DNA of 64,000 nucleotides from Dendrobates tinctorius. Taxonomy: Eukaryota. This document shows positions 59,131 to 64,000 of this stretch, piece by piece. Numbering within the stretch: the first letter of the stretch is position 1; the number at the start of each line of letters is the position of its first letter. The stretch is taken from the NCBI RefSeq assembly GCF_039654945.1, contig NW_027361881.1, positions 10,540,001-10,604,000 of the forward strand. Direction: 5' to 3'. Under the pieces are notes generated by a model. That model saw nothing but the letters and a program-made list of their open reading frames with translations. It ran no database searches and was not told where the DNA came from. The position numbers and the translations under genes were made by a program.

Positions 59131-60554
59131 CTCCCTATCTATAGCCTGTTTTTCTGCCCTCCCTGAGAACATAGATGCTTTCCCCCTCTCCAAAACTTCC
59201 TATCCAGATGCATGGACCAGATCTGCGGCATGTAGATACACCCTTAGGGTAAAGCCTGATACACTGGATGCTGCATTCTTGGTCAGCCCCTCACTCGGAC
59301 CAGTACAGACTTGCTCAGGGTAGCCCTTCCCTGCCACATCAGCGGCGTCCTGAGCCAGCGATCCCCTATAGTGCAGACATTCCTCGCCGGCTTCTGGGAA
59401 CGACGCCTGACCGCGAAACAAAACAAGAAAATGACTTTTTTTTCCTTTAGCAGCAAATCCCCCCTCTTGTTCCATAGAATTATTTCCAGGCTGCAGACTT
59501 AACCCCTTCCACCCTGTAACAGAAAGAATGGGTTCAAACACCCAGCGCACGGGGTCTGTCTGACATCCTGAGTCTCCCGTGATTTTCCTTACAAAAAGTT
59601 TTGATAAACTTTTTTTTTCTCCACTTTTGAACTTTTCCCAGAAACTTTCCGGATCCCGCATACCTATAGTAAAAATTGTTCAAATGAAAGGAGAACGAGG
59701 AAAGTGGCGTCGTCCTCCCCTGACCTCACATTAATGGGAAACGGATGACCCCAGAAAGCCGTGCGGTCCCCATAGTCCCGGCTGAGGCTACTCTGGCCAT
59801 CACACGGCTCAGATCATCCCAACCCCGTCCCTGGGAAATATCTGCGGACAATGGAGTCCGGTCATCCTCATACACTCAGCATTTAAAGGGATTGTCCTCA
59901 ACCAAAAGCTGATCATAGAAAGTCCTGATCCTGTGATCAGCAACAATTGGTTGGGTTCCCTGCAGCGCCCCCGCAGGGGAAATGAAGTATTGCACAGTTC
60001 TATGTTCTGAGTCATTCTTCCTAGCTGCTGTATATTCCCTAATGACAGAACCCCTTTACTCTACCTTTCCCCACTCTTCCCCACTTCCATGATCTATTTG
60101 TCAGTTTTCCTTCGCCCTTGTGGATTAATACTTTAGTTTATAGTCCACAGATACACTGACTTTGTTTTGTTGAATTTCTACTTATACACAACAACCAACC
60201 TGACGGAGTAGAGCAGCACTGTAAAGCATGGGGGTGAAAAAGTGAAAACAAAAAAAAAAAGGAAAAACACTTATAAAAGATGTATCTTTTGTATCATAAT
60301 ATATATTTAAAAAGTTGCAAATAAAGTTACTTTTAGTTCAGAGAATACATATCTCACTATACCAGCAGCTGTTGTGAGACTACAACTCCCAGCATGTCCC
60401 AGATGTGTATCTTGCTTGGAATTCATGCATTCAGACAATTCTACAGAACTTTATAAAACTTTACAAAAGTTTCAGATACACAAAAAACTTTTTTTTTCCA
60501 CTTTATAAAACTTTATAAAAGTTTCAGAGACACAAAGACTTGGTTCCCACTTAC

Positions 60555-60680
60555 CGGAGTCCTGCTCTTCTACTGGAACCAGTCAGCACCAGTTGCCCAT
60601 TTCACTGGTGTTTCTCCTGTGAATCCTGATTCCTCTGACTCTTGTCCCTGATTCTTATAGTTGGGGGCTGGCCAGAGTGG
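60555..60680 (-). promoter_or_regulatory. Possible alternative non-coding exon/promoter of PLEKHF1
   Basis: Consensus donor CCG|GTAAGT at 60554 on the minus strand, with TATAAG about 100 bp upstream. Confidence 0.3.
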
Positions 60681-61289
60681 GGGGGGGCTTGGCCTCACTT
60701 TTGGCTTTCGCCGCCCCATTGTTGCATACGTTTTTTTTTTCCATCCCGCCCACAGGCAGCACATTACTGACACCCACATGGAGTGTGACCGTGACCCTTG
60801 TCTTCTGTCACGGTGCAGCCTCAGTCTTGTGTTCAGATGACGCCTCTGTCATAGGAGGAATTCTCTTATTTTACGTGTGTATCGGCCAAATCCTTCAATA
60901 ACAATTAATAAACTGTCATTATACAATTACTCCTCACTAAAATATAATGAGAAAATATGGAACGGGCGGGCACCACCACGTGGAAGCAATATCCTATGCA
61001 CAGGGTGCTACCATTGTGCCAAAAATATGTGTATGGGAAGACGAAAGACGGCACAAGAAGGCGCAAGCACCTGATTAACCAAGTGAGAAAAAGGCTTTAT
61101 TGTAACAATAGTGCACACACTAATTACAACCATTGTCAGGCTGTGTGACATGGATAGCAACAATAGAATCTGCTTTATTACAACAGCAAGTGATGTTATG
61201 GTCTTGATACAGCTAACGTCCTACCAAGTATGCAGAAAATCATTATGATGGTAAATACGTAATTCTTAATTAGAAAAACAGACATGTCA

Positions 61290-61423
61290 ATGCTTTCTGC
61301 GGATTAGAAACCGCGGAAAAATCCGCACCGTCTGCACTGCGGTTTCCATTTCCCATAGGATATTATGGTACTGTACACCGCAGCGCCAAAACCGCTGCGG
61401 ATCCGCAGCGTGTGCACACACCC
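61290..61423. mobile_element. End fragment of a Harbinger-type MITE
   Basis: TGCGG/CCGCA subterminal repeats ending CGTGTGCACACACCC|TTA. The other end was not found. Confidence 0.5.
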
Positions 61424-61629
61424 TTAGGTGCTCACATGTCTTTGCATTGCCAGGGGAGTAAACGAAGGGTTAACGCGACAGTCTGCTATGTAAACGGCAC
61501 TTACCGTGGTCTCCTCTGGATCTCATCCACATATAGTCTGATGGGAGGTGGAGTTCCGACACAAATCCCGGTCCGGCTTCTGGCGGTCACCGGTTTTGCC
61601 CGCTGAGCCCCAGTCCATATATCTGAGCA

Positions 61630-62013
61630 GCGCTGCAAGAGTCTGCGTCCGGCGCGCGCGCTGCAAGAGTCAGCGTCCGGCGCGCGCGCTGCGGGAGTCT
61701 GCGTCCGGCGCGCGCGCTGCAGGAGTCTGCGTCCGGCGCGCGCGCTGCAAGAGTCAGCGTCCGGCGCACGTGTGCGCTGCAGGAGTCTGCGTCCGGCGCG
61801 CGTGTGCGCTGCAGGAGTCTGCGTCCGGCGCGCGTGTGCGCTGCAGGAGTCTGCGTCCGGCGCGCGTGTGCGCTGCAGGAGTCTGCGTCCGGCGCGCGTG
61901 TGCGCTGCAGGAGTCTGCGTCCGGCGCGCGTGTGCGCTGCAGGAGTCTGCGTCCGGCGCGCGTGTGCGCTGCAGGAGTCTGCGTCCGGCGCGTGCGCTGC
62001 AGGAGTCTGCGTC
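61630..62013. repeat. 28-32-bp CpG-rich minisatellite next to the PLEKHF1 first exon
   Basis: GCGCTGCAGGAGTCTGCGTCCGGCGCGC(GTGT), about 12 copies. Confidence 0.95.
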
Positions 62014-62091
62014 CACCACGTAATGGGGGACACACCTTAGGGCCCTGCACTTGACACCCTCTCCTCCGGGCGGACACTGCACTCTCCTCAC

Positions 62092-62370
62092 CCGGGCACG
62101 CGATGCTCTGCACACTCAGTCTTATTAGAGCGTCCACGTGAACTCTGCCGGGGCACGACTGCGCACTGTCTCTCTCGCTGCAGAGCGCACCACACACCTG
62201 ACTCCACTTTCACTGCCGGCGGGAAACTCACTGCTTTTTCCCGCGCTTCCAGCTCTCTGCCCGGCTTAGCCACGCCCCCTCTCTCCAGGTCATGGGTCCT
62301 GTCCGATCCGCTATTCTTTCCCACCGGAAACACTGGACGCAGCTTCGACAGTTCCGCAGCCCGGTCTTCC
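62092..62370 (-). promoter_or_regulatory. Probable PLEKHF1 CpG-island promoter and non-coding exon 1
   Basis: CpG-rich. Donor CGG|GTGAGG at 62091 (minus), GC box GGGGGCGTGG at ~62270-62280. Confidence 0.55.
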
Positions 62371-63239
62371 TCCTTACATGCCCACTATATAAGTGTAGGT
62401 GGATTTACCCCTTAATGTAAATTGCACAAGATCAGGAAAAAAATTGTTATTTTCGTCTAACAACAGCACCACCCTTGGCCACAGGTTGTGAGCGGTACTG
62501 TAACTCAGTCCCATAGAAGTGCAGCTCTAGGACTGAGGCACCATTTCTCTAATCCTGGAAGTATTGTGATATTTTGGAAGGGGTGCATGCACCATACCCG
62601 CTTGCTGTGAGCGACACCTAGTGCAGAAATGGGAGGTACCAGTCCTATTGACAGCTCATAAAATGAGTTACTCAGTAGGGGGCGACACTGAGCACAGGTA
62701 ATAGATCCAGAAGACACAGTCACAATGCTAGTATTAATAAGGATCGGCCCCAATATCCAAGATGAAAGACACTTCTGAGACAGAAGCGGAGTAACAGGAA
62801 TCACCCCAGTACTCCGGTTGTTTAACGCAACAACCACTCGTTAGGAATGGGGGGTACCTCGTCATCAGCGTGCTGCCAGCATTATAGGTGCTGGGACTTA
62901 CTTTCCTTCACTTCCCAGCATGCATTGCTCCTGACAGTCTAATGCCTCTTGTTCTCTCTGACGGCAGTATGCAGTTTTGACAAACCGGAGACGGGGAGCA
63001 GAATGACAAAGCCCCGCGCTACTGCAGAGACAACACATGCCTTCAATGCAAAATGGCGTAAATGTGGAGTATACAGCGCTGGGGTCTCAGTGTGTGGAGG
63101 GGGCTCCAGAGCGGACGACTCTTATATAAGAGTCATCTGTCACCAGGGGAGTAACTAGAGTCTGATGGGCCCTCACCTGCAAATTGGTCACATGTATGGG
63201 CCGTTGTAGCATTCTAGAGCCTAAATGCATGAATGTTTA

Positions 63240-64000
63240 CCCCCCATGTAATACTGTCTCCAATCCTGGCCCCTTCCTATAATAATATCCCCAATCCTGG
63301 GCCCCTTCCAATAACAATGTCTCCATCCTGGGCCCTTGCTGTAATAGTGCCCCAATCCTGGGCTGCATCCTATAACAATGCCCCCATCCTGGTATAATGT
63401 TCCCCATGCTGGGCTGCATCCTATAGCAATGTCCCCAATCCTGGCCCCCTTCCTGGTATAATGTCTCCCATCATGGGCCCTTTCCAGTAATAATGTCCCC
63501 GATCTTACCCCTTTCCTGGTAAAATGTCCCCCATCCTGGCCTCTTCCAGTAATAAGGTCTGCCATCCTATCCCTTTCCAGAAATAATGTCCCCCAACCTG
63601 GGCCCCTTCCTGCTATAATGTCCCCCAAGCTGGTCTGCATCCTATAACAATGTCCACAATCCTGTGTCCTTTCCTGGTATAATTTCTCCCCTCATGTGCC
63701 CCTTCCAGTAATAATGTCCCTAATTTTAGCTCCTTCCTGGTAAAATGTCTTCCACCTTGGCCCCTTCCAGTAATAATGTCCCCCATCCTGGGCACCCTCC
63801 TGGTATAATGTCCCCATCCTAGCCCCTTCCTGGCATAATGTTCCCATCCTAGCATAATGTCCCCTATCCTGAGCCCCATCCTGGTATAATGTCCCCTATC
63901 CTGAGCCCCATCCTGGTATAATTTCCCATCCTGGCATTATGTCCCCATCCTGGCTCCTTCCTGGTATAATGTCCCCCATCCTGAGCCCCTTCCTGGTATA
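63240..64000. repeat. Degenerate ~31-bp minisatellite (runs off the window edge)
   Basis: TCCTGG(G)CCCCTTCC(TGG/AG)TA(T)AATGTCCCCCA variants. Confidence 0.9.

Overview
Eukaryotic (vertebrate) genomic DNA, most likely from an anuran amphibian; this is inferred from the repeat types and the cyclin E N-terminus. It covers the conserved CCNE1 - C19orf12 - PLEKHF1 block. Four host genes can be reconstructed with GT-AG splice sites and unbroken frames: a strongly diverged cyclin E1 (-, 11 coding exons, 392 aa), a BtpA/SgcQ-family TIM-barrel gene (+, 6 exons, 268 aa) lying head-to-head with it, C19orf12 (+, 141 aa) and PLEKHF1 (-, 267 aa). Roughly 45% of the window is tandem repeat. A 7.0-kb PIF/Harbinger transposon (3004-10006) is inserted cleanly into an 81/86-bp satellite and carries two apparently intact convergent genes, a DDE transposase and a MADF/BESS-like protein. 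The most unusual signal is inside that element: one intron of the MADF gene is filled almost end to end by 12 tandem 123-bp units, each folding into a 95-nt pri-miRNA-like hairpin, which suggests a transposon-borne small-RNA cassette (untested). Other features are two near-identical Harbinger-type MITEs inside a 29/39-bp minisatellite that runs into a splice acceptor, a Tc1 relic whose start-codon region was amplified into a 31-bp minisatellite, a 1-kb palindrome in C19orf12 intron 1, and a degenerate hammerhead-ribozyme motif. Nearly all long ORFs in the supplied track over repeats are artefacts. All gene models were read by eye, and comparisons with orthologs are from recalled sequences, not searches.
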